Origin: Octopus sinensis
Lineage: Eukaryota
Assembly: GCF_006345805.1 (NCBI RefSeq)
Contig: NC_043009.1
Location: 12,586,001 to 12,650,000 of the forward strand
Length of the DNA stretch: 64,000 bases
Reading direction: 5' to 3'
Part shown: piece after piece, positions 33,376 to 45,964 of the stretch
Numbering within the stretch: position 1 is the first letter of the stretch
How the letters are laid out: the number at the start of each line of letters is the position of its first letter
Notes under the pieces: model-generated
What the model saw: the letters and a program-made list of their open reading frames with translations, nothing else
What the model was told of the DNA's origin: nothing
The model's database searches: none
Position numbers and translations under genes: made by a program

Positions 33376-34144
33376 CGAAAACTCACTTAGTGGAACGAAC
33401 CTCGTCGGCACTTAAAGTCTTTCCGGTGTCGATTTTCTCAATTCACTGCAGGAGTGTCACTTGTTTTTGGGAAAAAAATTACGGAAAGAACAGTCATCGC
33501 TGAAAATTTGATCGTTTTTATTTATTAATTTATTTTTTGGTCGAAATAAATATTGAGAAATTTTCCATTGCAAGTATTGTTCAGATATTTGAAAAAAATA
33601 TTTCGTTATCCCATTCCAGCTTTTGAATTATTGTGCATTATTTAAAATGGCGGCTCTCATTGTTGTGGAAACGATTTTCCATGAGTTTATCAGTTTACAT
33701 TCAACTCTGTCAGCGTAAATACGACTAATTTAATGTATTCTACCTTAGACTGTAAGTAGCAATATTTTGTACGATATTCCATTGACATATTTAAAGGGAA
33801 ATCTGTGTTTAGATGAAAGCAATGTGCACAGATTGTGAAAAAGAAAGCATATTGGTCAACTCTTGACCATGTCTTCTTCTCTCTTACTAAACCAGATGGT
33901 CAGAAAGCATTTCTCTCTACATTCCCACAACTTTTCTTTGTATTTCTGTCTCTAAACCCTTTCAGTAACTGTCTCCTTATTTACATATGTAAACCCGATT
34001 TATACTAAGTTATTTTTCCTATATAAGCCCTCTTATTCCTCCCTCAACCAGAAAAAAGAAAAGAAATATTAGAGGAAGACAGAGAACCCCCCCCCCATTT
34101 TGTAATATTTCCTGTAAAACTGTGGACTGGATTAAGTCGTCGCA
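33376..34144. promoter_or_regulatory. Probable bidirectional promoter of ERCC1 and AKAP17A
   Basis: 769 bp between divergent ATGs, locally CpG-retaining, with a YY1-type AAAATGGCGGC at 33644-33654. Confidence 0.65.
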
Positions 34145-34915
34145 ATGTCCAACCCTGCTGTTTGCTCAGATGTATCGGACGCGGTCGAATTAAGTGAACA
34201 ATTCAACCTCTATTTAAAACCCATTGCCCGGATAAATGTGTCCGTACAACTACCTCAGTTGAAATGTCCTGGAAAGACAATTTCCAATTGGGAGGTTATG
34301 GAGAAAGTGAAAAACATGATCAAACCGCATATTTTTACATCGCTGAAAGTGACTAAAAGTACTCTCGAGTTTATTCGACTCGAGGGAGAAGCTGAAAACA
34401 AAAGCCATGTAAAGGTTCTATTATTAAAATTAGATGGTAAATCAATTAAACTTAGTGGATTTTCAGATACACTTCGTGTAAGGGCAGCTCCAGCCAAGAT
34501 TCATTTCCCAACTCGCCACGATATGGCTTCTTACTTCAGAGATGCCAAGAATATCAACGAAATGAAACCCGGAGAAAGACCTGATACCGTCTACTTCAAA
34601 GATTTGCCAACAAGATGGTTTACGGCTCAGAACGACTCCAACAAAGACAAACCCAGCGAAACGGTATTAAACTCTGTATTTAGTGTGTTTGGTGAAATCC
34701 GATGTATAGATTTACCGGTTTTAGATCCGTACCGAAAACAAATGACAGAATCAAAGCCAGGCACAATACAAACGTTTTCATTTGGGCAAGATTTGACATT
34801 TGAAGCGTATGTACAATACAAGGAATATGTCGGTTTCATCAAAGCTATGGACTGTCTTCGTGGAATGAAATTGATGTACAGGGGAGAAGACAAAGCGTTG
34901 ACTGCGAATATCAAG
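34145..34915 (+). CDS. AKAP17A: AKAP17A coding exon 1 (257 aa, RRM-like region)
   Basis: ORF-track ORF 34145..34948 with a donor AAG|gtaatt at 34915/34916. Confidence 0.96.
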
Positions 34916-37900
34916 GTAATTATTTTTAGATCCTCAATTTTGCATTAAAGGTAAAAATGCTGTAAAGATAATGTAACATTTGAACTGAACTGTTTCACCG
35001 TATATAGTAACAAGCATAATTTTATTATTTTTGTAAGGGTCTATAAGCCCTAGCATTTTTTGTGTAAAATCAGTGTAATTTGGAAATTTTAAAGGAAGCT
35101 ATTTCGTGAGAGTAACCAAAATTGTTCTGCTCCGAGGACGGCTGATAGTGGAAATGACCAACGTGTGTGAATTATTGATTTATTATTATTTGATAAAAGA
35201 TATTTAAAAAATACCTTTATTATGGAGTTAATGAAATAAGTATGAAAAACGGTGATTATAATAATAATAATAATAATTAAGTTGACTTACTTATATTGAT
35301 TCAGAGTCGGAGAGATTTTCTGTTTACTTCGGTTAGTAAACAATACACACACTGTATTGTACCTATTTCATTTGCTTGAAGTATTTTAAGCTCAGATTAT
35401 TTTGTAGGACTGAAAGGATAGGCAGGAAAAAACATTTCCGTATGGACTACATTCCGTCCCGAAATGAAAACAAAGACTTCAGTGTTATCTCAATGGCCCA
35501 TATGGTCAAGTGGTTTTAAAGTGTTATTTTTATTGGCAAATGTATGTTTATTGCTCGAGGCCCTTACCAGTAATTACTTGCATGGTATTGAACACGTATC
35601 TACAATATTGCCGTAGGAAAATGCCGCAGGGCAGTGTCCAGCATATTAAATATACATACAGAAAGTTCTCATATGTATAATAACATAGTGAGATGAAAAA
35701 CTTAACTGAAATTAGATATGCAATTAGTTTTTTAAAAAAAGGGACACCCCTTTGGGTGGGGTGGGGGTGAAATTTAAAATAAACATTCAGGGGAGATAAG
35801 TAATTGAAATTTCAATTTACATCGAAGACGTTACAAGCCTAGTAGTAAAAACATCAGGCATGCTTCAGTCGTATTGGACCTTTTCAGTAAAACATATTCA
35901 CACGAGTTGGCTGGGATAAAGTAAAATGTGCTTTGTCCATGGCTCCGATATAGAAATGTATAAAATTGTGTCCTAAGCCCCAAGGGATTTTCCAAGGTCA
36001 GGGCATAGTACTCTCTTACTTTGTTATGTATGGTCTTTAGCTATTTACTGGTGCTGTTTCTATAATATTTACGATATAAGAGAAGAATTTTCAACTTAGC
36101 TCAGTTATTCCCAAAGTACTTCATAGTCAAGTAGTTTAATATTTCAAAGAGCATCTAGCCATGACAATATGTGATGGCATAGTTATATGTTGAACAAACT
36201 CAAACGATGGAAAATTGTTATGAATTGTTTAAAAAAAATTTAAAGAAAGAAATTTAATGTAAGATTTATAATCTTTTTTAAGGTGAAAATTATTTTCTCT
36301 GTTTTTGATATGATTTTCTCTTTTTAGGTAGGAGTTGCATGGATGCTTTCCTTGATTGCAAGCAGCTTGTTATAGAGAGAGGGTAAAATTTATATTAAAT
36401 GTTCTTTATTTGTTGCTAAGACGAATGGTTATTCCTCGAGTAGATTTACTAAAAATAACCTCCCTTAAAAATAGCAACTTGCTTTGACTTAGCTTTAATT
36501 TATTGTATTGCATAAATGAAACAGTGTATCTCTGCATTTAATTAATTGTCACTATTGTAACAGGTTGACTTTGATAAAACTAAACACCTCTCAGAGAAAG
36601 CCATTCGAGACAGGAAAGCTGAGCGAGAAAGATTACAAGCGGCAGAGAGGGAACGTGTTGAACAAGAAAGACGGAAAAAGGAAGAGGAAATTAGGCAAAA
36701 GGAAAAAGAGAGGTTAGGCCAAATAGTCATTTTTTGTTTATGCATTTTAAGTTAACGTTTGTTGGTAAACTCCTCAAAGAGCTTCCTTGTAATTTTGCTC
36801 ACTTTTAATCTTAATTATCATTGGTCTTAGTAAAATAAAGTAAATCATCATCATCATCGTCGTTTAACGTCCGCTTTCCATGCTGGCATGGGTTGGACGG
36901 TTTGACTGTGGGCTGGCAAACCAGATGGCTGCACCAGGCTCCAGTCCTGATCTGGCAGAGTTTCTACAGCTGGATGCCCTTCCCAACGCCAACCACTCCG
37001 AGAGTGTAGTGGGTGCTTTTTACGTGCCACCGGCATGGGGGCCAGTCAGGCGGTACTGGCAACAACCTCGCTCGAATTCCTGGTTATTTTGTTATGGCTT
37101 TGACATCTGTTTTCCATGCTGGCATGGGTTGGCTAGTTCAACAGGAACTGGCAAGGTTAAGGACAAGTTTCATAGTCTGGTTTGGTTTCTATGGCTTGAT
37201 ACCCTTCCTAATGCCGGCCATTTTATAGAGTATACTGGGTGCTTTTTACATGGCATCAGCACCCACACCAATGCCTTTTATGTAGCACCTTTTAGCATCT
37301 CAGTTGTCTTGTGGTGGGCAACAGCTGGTTAAATGTATGAAATTTATGTTCAATTTTACAATATTAACTTTAAAATGATGGCTGAGCACAAGTTGGTTAA
37401 GAAAGCAGTTGAGTATGATCTAGCATAAAATGAAAAAAATGGGCTGAAAACAAAGAAGCTGATAAATGACAACTGACTGACTGAAACCCTTTCATTGCAA
37501 CCCATTGAAGATTGCTCCTGTTTCTATGAGACAAATTGCCTGTTTTAATGTGATTTAATTAAAAACCTATCAAGTTTCCATGCTAATTTATTATCCATAT
37601 AGGCATAGGAGTGGCAGTGTGGTAAGTAGCTTACTTACGAACTGCATGGTTCCGGGTTCAGTCCCACTGCGTGGCACCTTGGGCAAGTGTCTTCTACTAT
37701 AGCCTCGGGCTGACCAAAGCCTTGTGAGTGGATTTGGTAGAGGGAAACTGGAAGAAGCCCGTCATATATATGTGTGTGTGCATTTGTTTGTGTCTGTGTT
37801 TGTCCCCCCAACATTGCTTGACAACTGATGCTGGTGTGTTTATGTCCCCGTAACTTAGCGGTTTGGCAAAAGAGACTGATAGAATAAGTACTAGGCTTCC

Positions 37901-40193
37901 AAAGAATAAGTTCTGGGGTCGATTTGCTTGACTAAAGGTGATGCTCCAGCATGGCCAGAGTCAAATGACTGAAACAAGTAAAAGATAGTAAAGAGTATAT
38001 AAACACCTCAATATGAACAGTTATTGTATTGAATGCTTCATTATTTTCAAAACTGAAACAAAATCGGTGTATTTTAAGAGGAATATGGTAACAAAGGTGT
38101 CAAACCACAAATATTAAATAATACTCATCTCACAAGTGAATGTACTGTAAATTGACAAGAGTTAAGTATAGACACCACCCCTACAAGCATTTTATCTTCT
38201 TGCTATTGTTGCTTTATTGGGCTTCTATTTTATGCTTCATTTTCTCCCTACCCTGGAGGTCTGCTGAACATCTGTCTCCGTCTATTTTAGAAGTTTATAT
38301 TTTCAACCCCACTCACATAATTTTTACCCTTTAAAATCATTTATTAATATATTAGGTTGTCCCAAAAGTTCGTAAACACTTGCGAAAATTGACTATAACA
38401 ATATAAATCCAAACAAACAATTAAAAATTGCATAAAAATTCAAATTTTCGCGAAGTTTTTACGAACTTTTGGGACAACCTTATATTATATTGTTATTAAA
38501 TCTGAAAGGCAGCAGGCTAGCAGAATTGTTAGCACACCAGGCAAAAAGCTTAGTGGCATTTCTGAGTTCAAATTCCGCCGAGGTTGACTTTGCCTTTCAT
38601 CCATTTGGCAGTTGATAAAATAAGTACCAGTTGAACACTGGGGATCAATGTAATCAACTAACCCCATCCCTAAAATTGCTGGCTTTGTACCAAAATTTGA
38701 AATCATTATTAAGTCTGATGTATGTTAAATCATTGCATTATTAGTACTATGTCCACTTTTGCTACTTTTTAAACATTGATCTTTGATTAGAAATTAAATT
38801 GATTTAAATGTTACGGATTGGTGCCAATTAATTTAATTACAGACTAAGAGTTGAATATGAGAAACGAGAAAAGGAGCGCAAAATTGCAGAGAAACTACAA
38901 CAACAGGAACTGCGTCGGCGCGAGAGGGAAGAGAAGCGTCGGCAGAAACAAATTGCTAAACGCAAGCGAGAAGAGGAGGAAAAAGCTAGTCTCAAAGTTG
39001 CCCAAGAGAGCCGTAAGCTGTTGATAACTCAACGCAAACTGGATTCTTTACGCTTAATGAATGAAATATTCAACAATGTCAAGGTAAAATATCTTGTGCC
39101 TTTTGTTTCACTTTTGTTTTCTTTCTCCTTTACAAACTCTTCTTTCTGAAAAAGATTTTCTAACTAGAACGGGTATGGCCTGGTCAGCCTGTAATGATAT
39201 GCATAAGATCTGGTCATCAAATCTAAGCAGAGATTTCAAACTTAAAATCTTCAAAGCCACAGTCGAACAAATTCTACTATATGGCTCAGAAACCTGGACG
39301 TTATCAAAGAAGCTTGAGAGGCGGTTGGATGGAACTTAGACTCGCCTCCTTATGAGAGCTCAAAATCTCTCATGGAAGTGTCATCCAACCAAAGTGCAAA
39401 TATATGGGAAACTACCACCTGTATCATCTCTTGTGAAAGGTAGAAGAGTCCAGTTTGCTGGACATTGTTATAGAGCTGAAAAAGAGGTAATTTCTACTCT
39501 TCTCCACTGGAAGCCATCTGCTTGCAATACCAGAGGGCGCACACTCTCCTACCCTGATATAATCTCCAGGGATACAGGCATCCAGCAACAGGACCTCCGT
39601 AATGCTATGATGGACCGTGAAGTCTGGCGTAACATAGTAAATTCCATTGTCTCGACCACGGTCGAACAATGAATGAATGAAATGAGCTTGTGCAACAATT
39701 ATTGGAAACTTTTTTTTTTTTGTCAACTTCAGCCAATAATTTTTATCCATAACTAAATGATATTAAGAACTTCCTTTCTTCCTCTAGAATTCAGTCTAAA
39801 TACTTTGTCTAGGTTTTCTTTCTCAGGACTACAACCATCTAAACTTGCTTTTCTCCCTATACTTTTCCTCTCTGTCTCTAACGTTCTTCTGTTTTTCAGA
39901 CTGTGAAGATGAAAGAGAATGAACTGCAACAGCAAGCGGCCCAAGAGAAGGAGAAACTGAGGCAAATGGAACTGAGCAAACTGAAGCAAATCGAGGAGGA
40001 CAAGAAACGAGTCGAAGCCGAACTGAAGAAACAGATGGACATGAAGGAACAGGAGCGAATACTCCGCGAAAGACTTCTTCGGAAGCGGCAAGCGGCTAAA
40101 GATCGACAAAAGGAGGAGAACCGCGAGGCTTTACGGATGAAACTTACTCAAAGTACTGTTCGCTTAAAGAGTGCGGTTGTCATGAAAAGATAA
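34145..40193 (+). CDS. AKAP17A: A-kinase anchor protein 17A (XE7/SFRS17A family), spliced, 484 aa
   Basis: Exons 34145-34915, 36564-36712, 38843-39083 and 39900-40193 with GT-AG sites and consistent phases. The N-terminus has LYLKPIARINVSVQLPQLK.PGKTISNWEVMEK, TRHD..SYFRDAK..NEMKPGERPDT and FEAYVQYKEY.GF.KAM..LRGMKL motifs, followed by a long charged coiled coil. Confidence 0.95.
36564..36712 (+). CDS. AKAP17A: AKAP17A exon 2 (VDFDKTKHLSEKAIRDRK...)
   Basis: cag|GTT acceptor, AG|gttagg donor, FDxTKHLS motif. Confidence 0.93.
37602..37990 (+). mobile_element. tRNA-derived SINE, family A (AKAP17A intron 2)
   Basis: Full-length copy. Confidence 0.9.
38352..38482. mobile_element. Tc1/mariner-type MITE
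   Basis: TA|TTAGGTTGTCCCAAAAGTTCGTAAA ... TTTACGAACTTTTGGGACAACCT..|TA; mariner-like TIR with a TA TSD. Confidence 0.8.
38843..39083 (+). CDS. AKAP17A: AKAP17A exon 3 (coiled coil, ...RKLLITQRKLDSLRLMNEIFNNVK)
   Basis: 241 nt open, phase matches exon 2, AAG|gtaaaa donor. Confidence 0.92.
39140..39680 (+). mobile_element. 5'-truncated LINE fragment in AKAP17A intron 3 with (TGAA)n tail
   Basis: Nearly the same peptide as 5430-5990 with one in-frame stop; ends GAACAATGAATGAATGAA. Confidence 0.85.
39900..40193 (+). CDS. AKAP17A: AKAP17A terminal coding exon
   Basis: Long pyrimidine tract + tttcag|ACT; E/K/R/Q-rich ORF ending at TAA 40193. Confidence 0.88.
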   Translation, partial: TVKMKENELQQQAAQEKEKLRQMELSKLKQIEEDKKRVEAELKKQMDMKEQERILRERLLRKRQAAKDRQKEENREALRMKLTQSTVRLKSAVVMKR

Positions 40194-40217
40194 CACTGCC
40201 CTCGCCTGGCTTTTAAA

Positions 40218-40434
40218 CCCTTTGGCATTCAGATCTCTCTGTCAAATGTAATGCTTATTTATTCATATTGTCTTGAATTAATCAGGCGTTACTTCCTAGC
40301 TTCAAGATTCCAATGATGTAATTATTTTTAGAACAACATTGTAGGGTTGGTGCGAGAGACCAGATCTAGCCAGTTTGAATGAGAAACAGGTAAAGACATT
40401 CGGGCTGGATGTGGCCAGTTTAAATGCTAAGGGG
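40218..40434. mobile_element. piggyBac-type MITE (second family) just after the AKAP17A stop codon
   Basis: CCCTT...GGG|TTAA termini; homologous to 6367-6590 (opposite orientation) and 63637-63744 (partial). Confidence 0.7.
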
Positions 40435-43400
40435 TTAACTGATACTTCCATCTGCAGAAATGAAAGGACAAACTATTTAAGATTAATGCTTATTTATTTT
40501 TGGTTGAAAACTTTGCAGTTTTTACTTTTATGTATTATTTTCATTTCTAATTACCTTTCCAATTATAATCATTTACTTTCTTATTTGATTTTAAATGCCT
40601 GCATTGCAAATGAGAAAGTTCTGAATATATCGAGGCTGTTTGCTTGCTGGTTATGAATGACATAAGTTTCATGTGTGAGGCAAAGCACAGAGTTTTAATT
40701 TCATTAGTGAAAACTTGGTACCAACCCACTTCAACAAATGGATAGAAATATAAATATCAGACTGAATGATTCTCGTTTTAGAGGAGTTGATCTCAAAACT
40801 GTGAAAAATTAAATCATATTCCAGCTTCTATTTGACACTCTAGCACAAGAGTGTTTCCCTAATTTTCCCCTTTTTTGCTAAGTAATTAGGTGGAGAGAGG
40901 ATAGTATTCAAAAGTTGGCCTCTTATCTGTTTTGCTATTGTGACTCCTACTCATAACAATAATTGTTCCAAAATGTGTAAATGCTTATCCAAATATATAA
41001 AATCCTTGCTTGCATTGAATCATAGATATGAATCGATCAAAAAGATAAAGGCCAAACCTCAAACTGAGATCCAAAGTCTAAGAATTTCATATTTTTTGAA
41101 AGCTATGTTGTGTACATTATTTACATGGTTTGAACTATTTCACTAAGACTACATCAAGTTTTGTTTGAGGTCCATCTCATTCTGTATTTCTTGAGAAAAA
41201 CACAGCTTGGGAATTATTTTATTTGAAATGTTATAAAAACTAAATTTTATATAATTTTATTATGTTTCTTTTGCCCTATTTGTAAGGTGTACAAGCTTTA
41301 AATACATTACATGTTAACAGCTAAATGTCCAAAATGAGGAATGGTAGAGCATCAGAAACAATCAAACTTAGATGCTGGATACTGTTGAGGGTTTATTCAT
41401 GATATGTGTTGTAATTAGGGAGTCCATTAGCTGGGATGAGTGTTTACAAGAATATTTATATGGATAATCCTTTGGCTTGGTAGTAACAATTTTCGGAAGT
41501 GCTAAATAATTCCACAACACTAAAAAGAACTTGTAACAGTTGTAACAGCAACAGGAAACGTTCAATCTGTAAATTCAATGAAAATATTTATGAGACTTCT
41601 GTGCATCACATCTAATATGCTTAATCATTCAAAAGTCGTTTTTAAGAACTTCACAATTTATATATTCCAAAGAACCAATTTCAATACATAAAGATTATAA
41701 AGTAGCCAATTGATTTCCAGTTAAAGCTATTTCACTTGTTTTGTTGATATTTGTGAGATCTGTGTTAATCTTAGAACAACACATTCACCCTTGTTTAAAA
41801 TCTAAAGCTTTGTGTCTCTTTAAGAAATCAAGATCTCGCACACTGTAACATTCCAGAAACTTTTATTTCTGTATGTGAAGTTCCAATCTAGGGATCAAGT
41901 TTTTACTTTTTCTTTTCATTATTGATGTACATGCGGTAACCAACATACTTAATTTTATTGGCCCAACTAAATGCAATATATATATATACACACACACATA
42001 CATACATCATAAGTATTTTGCCATTTGCTACAGACCTTACCTTGATCAGAAGTTAACTCCTTATAGTAGTTTATTTTATATTGAGCCTTTAAACTGGAAT
42101 TTGTGGGGAACAAAAGTTCAGTAATTCTCTTAACTATTAAATAACCTTAAGCTGATATTCAATATCACAGAAATGCTTTAACGTGTAGTATTAAGTATCA
42201 GTTTACTATATTCTTGGAAATAAGAATATATCAAATGGTTTTATAATTTGTTATATTATGAAAGCAGTTTTGAAAATTTCTTTCACCATTGCCTTTTATT
42301 TGTGGTATTTTATGAGATTTTTGGCCCATTTAAGAAAAAAAACATTTTATTGAAGAACCTTTTGCGTGTTTCTTCTTTTCCACTTGATTCCTCATTCTCT
42401 TATAGAATTTTCTCACTTCCTTATGTCTAATTTGCAATTCCATTCAACATAAATTTTATAGAGAAAGCTTTGGAATTTAACATTCTTTTTTCATCCAATG
42501 CCACTTTTATCATTCCATTTTTCTATAAATTTCAAAGGCCATATCATAAAAAATTTTTTTTAAAATTTTCTTTACATTCACTTTTAAATACTGGTATAAA
42601 TATCAGGTTTCCTTCAAGACATATCAAACTACAGTTATTTCTGTTCTTTAGTGGTTAAAATGCTGTTTACACAGTGTTCCAACTGGGAACTCGAAATGCC
42701 TCTTTCTTGTAAGAACTTCAAATCCTGGCCATTTGTTCTGTAAATCATACTGTGTTTTTGTTGCACATCAGAAGTCTTGGGACATTATTTTAGTTTGTGC
42801 TTAGGGAAAGAATCTCAAAGTGGAAAAAGTTCCATGCAGATTTAGGAAAGAAAAATTAGACAAATTGCTTTATATAGATTTTGCGGGTGTAGGTCAAATA
42901 CAGACATGATAACATGAGAAAAAGAGGCTGTAACAAGTGGGTTACGGTTGTGGTAGTGGTAGAAATAGAGATGGAGGGAAGTGAGAGCTCATCGGCAGTT
43001 TTCTTATTGAGCACAGGTGAATGAAGTCTTATCTGAATCAAATTGCCATTGAGATAAGGTGTTAAAAGATAATTGTGCTGCATGTTTGAAACCTATATTG
43101 TGGCACGTGTGTAGAATTTGAGTGTGGAAGTGAAAAGACCAAAATTTATAGTAAATGTGTTTAAATGAAATGAGAATAGTAGATGTCTTTCAAATTGTAA
43201 TTTTGACCAATAATCAATGCCATTGATTCAATCCATGAGAATGTCTGAGTGTTTGCCACATTAAGATGCTTGGCTGATCTATGTAAAAATGTAAATTGAT
43301 TCAAATCTTCACATATCTATTGTTTTTTTGTTGTTTTTTTTGTTCCAATAATCAGTGTCGTAAAGCACTCTTAACCTTATCTTTTGTGTTTCTATCTACA

Positions 43401-45393
43401 ATTTGTTGACTGGGCTGTTCTCTAATAATTTTCAGATTCCTTATTACTACATATATATTTCTTTACTACCCACAAGGGGCTAAACACAGAGAGGACAGAC
43501 AAATGGATTAAGTCGATTACATCGACCCCAGTGCGTAACTGGTACTTAATTTAACGACCCTGAAAGGATGAAAGGCAAAGTTGACTTCGGCGGAATTTGA
43601 ACTCAGAACGTAGCGGCAGACGAAATACTGCTAAGCATTTCGCCTGGCGTGCTAACGATTCTGCCAGTTCGCCGCCTTCCTTATTACTACATATATACAC
43701 ATACTTTAGCTGGGACTGAATTCAGAAATGTATTTATTTCAAATGTGCATTGAGGATAAGTTTTAAAACTTTGCATTACGATATAGGTTAGGAGTTCAGT
43801 CCTACTTGCTGACCATATTATATAATTAAGAATATGGACATGGGATAGATATTACACTGACGGAAATGTGGCTTAGGTCAGAACACAAAAGCTGAGGTGA
43901 TTTGTATGAAAAACATGTAGTACTTGTAGCTTTTAAATTATTTAAAATGTATTCCTATGATAATATTACTATGATATTGATATATCCTTTTTGTTGGACT
44001 GGATTCGGTCTTGATTGTCGAAATGCTATTTCAAATGTGTCTGATTTGTTCTGCAAAATATCTCTTCCTTTAGTGTCTGCAGTTGAGAGAGTTAAGTGTC
44101 TTTCTCCAACATTATAGTATCATTGAAATCGTACCCAACAGGGTGGGAGTTTAGTATTTCATCTATTTTTTTTTTTATAGTTATTCCACAGTCAAGTTGG
44201 TACAGTTTTCAAGACTGTCATAATGAACAGAAGTCATCACTAACAATTTCTATCATAGTTTTATGTAATGGATTTATTATTATCCTCAAGTACCACCAAA
44301 CTAGATCTTCTAAATGTTTCCACCAATAAGGACAAATAATTATTTATATTTTCTTTACTTTTTATTTTATATTTATAGTAAAAGAAAAACCAAAAAAAAC
44401 TGCAAAGTTATTTATTGAATTCCTTTTTTTTTTATAAGATAAATTTTAACATGGAAGTTATTTTTTTATAAATGATGACATACAATTAACTAATTAACTT
44501 GTTAATTGTGATCAGAATACATGATTGTGAATCTGCATCTTCCATAATGATTGTCAACCTTTCAGACATACTTGCCTAAATATCTGGTTTAAAAGAAACC
44601 GTAACTGTATATACCTGTTATGTATTTCTGTATATAAATTCATAAGGAATAATAAAATTTTATTGTATTTTCAACTGTTTTATATTATTTTTTATTTATT
44701 AGCTTAACCTGAAAGAAGGGGCTGTGTTCAAGGCCTTTGCAGGCCCTCGAAAAAATAAATATATATATATATATATATATATTTTCAGATTTTATGGGTG
44801 TCTGCCAAGTCAGCTGCCAGACGTCAGAGTTTCAATGTATCCATGCCCAGGGAAGTAAGGCGTTCAGAATATGGCAAAAGCCTGATGGAGGTTATTCTCT
44901 TGGTTGCACGTCGCTGAACGGCTTCCAGACGATTAATATTCTGGGCCTCTTCTTTGTGAGGGTCAGCATCTTGAGATCAGTTTTCACCACTATGCTCCAT
45001 CTCTTTCTGGACCTAATTCTTCCACAAGCACAATTTACTAGCGCACAGCATCTGAAAAACTTTTTATGCAGCAGTCGGTATCCATACAAAAATAGGCTCT
45101 AATCAACACAGTTTTCTCCCTTGTGACACAGTCTTCTCCCTTGTAAACCAGATCTAATTTCTTATTGATGTGCACTGACTATACATATGTAGTAAAACAT
45201 TCGTTTATTTCTTTCTGTTCCTCACAAATCCTTCTGCAGTGCTATGTAAGGAGAGTGGTCCCGGTGCGCGTAATCGCGCATCCGTGCTAGCTAGTCGTGA
45301 CTAGTCGATCCTACAACGACTACCTAGCAAAGTAAATAAAACAAAAAATAATTTTTTTACACAAAGTAAATAATATTTTTTTAAACAAAGTAA

Positions 45394-45672
45394 GGATCTT
45401 TTCGGCAGTTTTTAAAAATAATTTCCACGTAACTAAACACTTTTAAACTTCGTATACTGCTAGAATGTGTTTATAAAACATCTTTTTCTCTTGGCTTTAT
45501 TGAGAAAATTCTATAGTTTGTAAGATATTTGTTGTTAGTTTTCTTCAATTTCTGCAATTTCAACCAAGAGAAAAAGATGTTTTATAAACACATTCTACCA
45601 GTATATGAAGTTTAAAAGTGTTAAATGCGTAGAAATTATTTTTAAAAACTGCCGGTCAAACCGAAAAGATCC
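45394..45672. mobile_element. GGATC-TIR MITE derivative made of two left ends in inverted orientation
   Basis: Forward left arm to about 45565, then the reverse complement of the left arm. Confidence 0.8.
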
Positions 45673-45964
45673 AATTTCTGTAAAAAATACCCATTTTTCA
45701 GCAAGGGAGAGTACACTGGTGAAGGAATGTCTGACCCCACATCAATCCACTTGTGTGTACAACTGACCAACAGTCATGAATATAAAACATTGCTCAGAAA
45801 TGTAATCACTATTTATCTTAAACATGATGATGCTGCCAATCAGGTTTTATATATGGGGTGTAGGTTAGGGGTTGGGAAGAAATGACAGATTGTTTAACGA
45901 CTGAGTTTTCTGCTGAAGGCTCAAAACAAAAGAAATAGTTTTATTATAATTGTGAGGTATTTAT

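Noticed and set aside
34255-34914. Minus-strand ORFs overlapping AKAP17A exon 1 (also 36542-36745, 39753-40109)
   Set aside because: They are antisense shadows of a real coding sequence.
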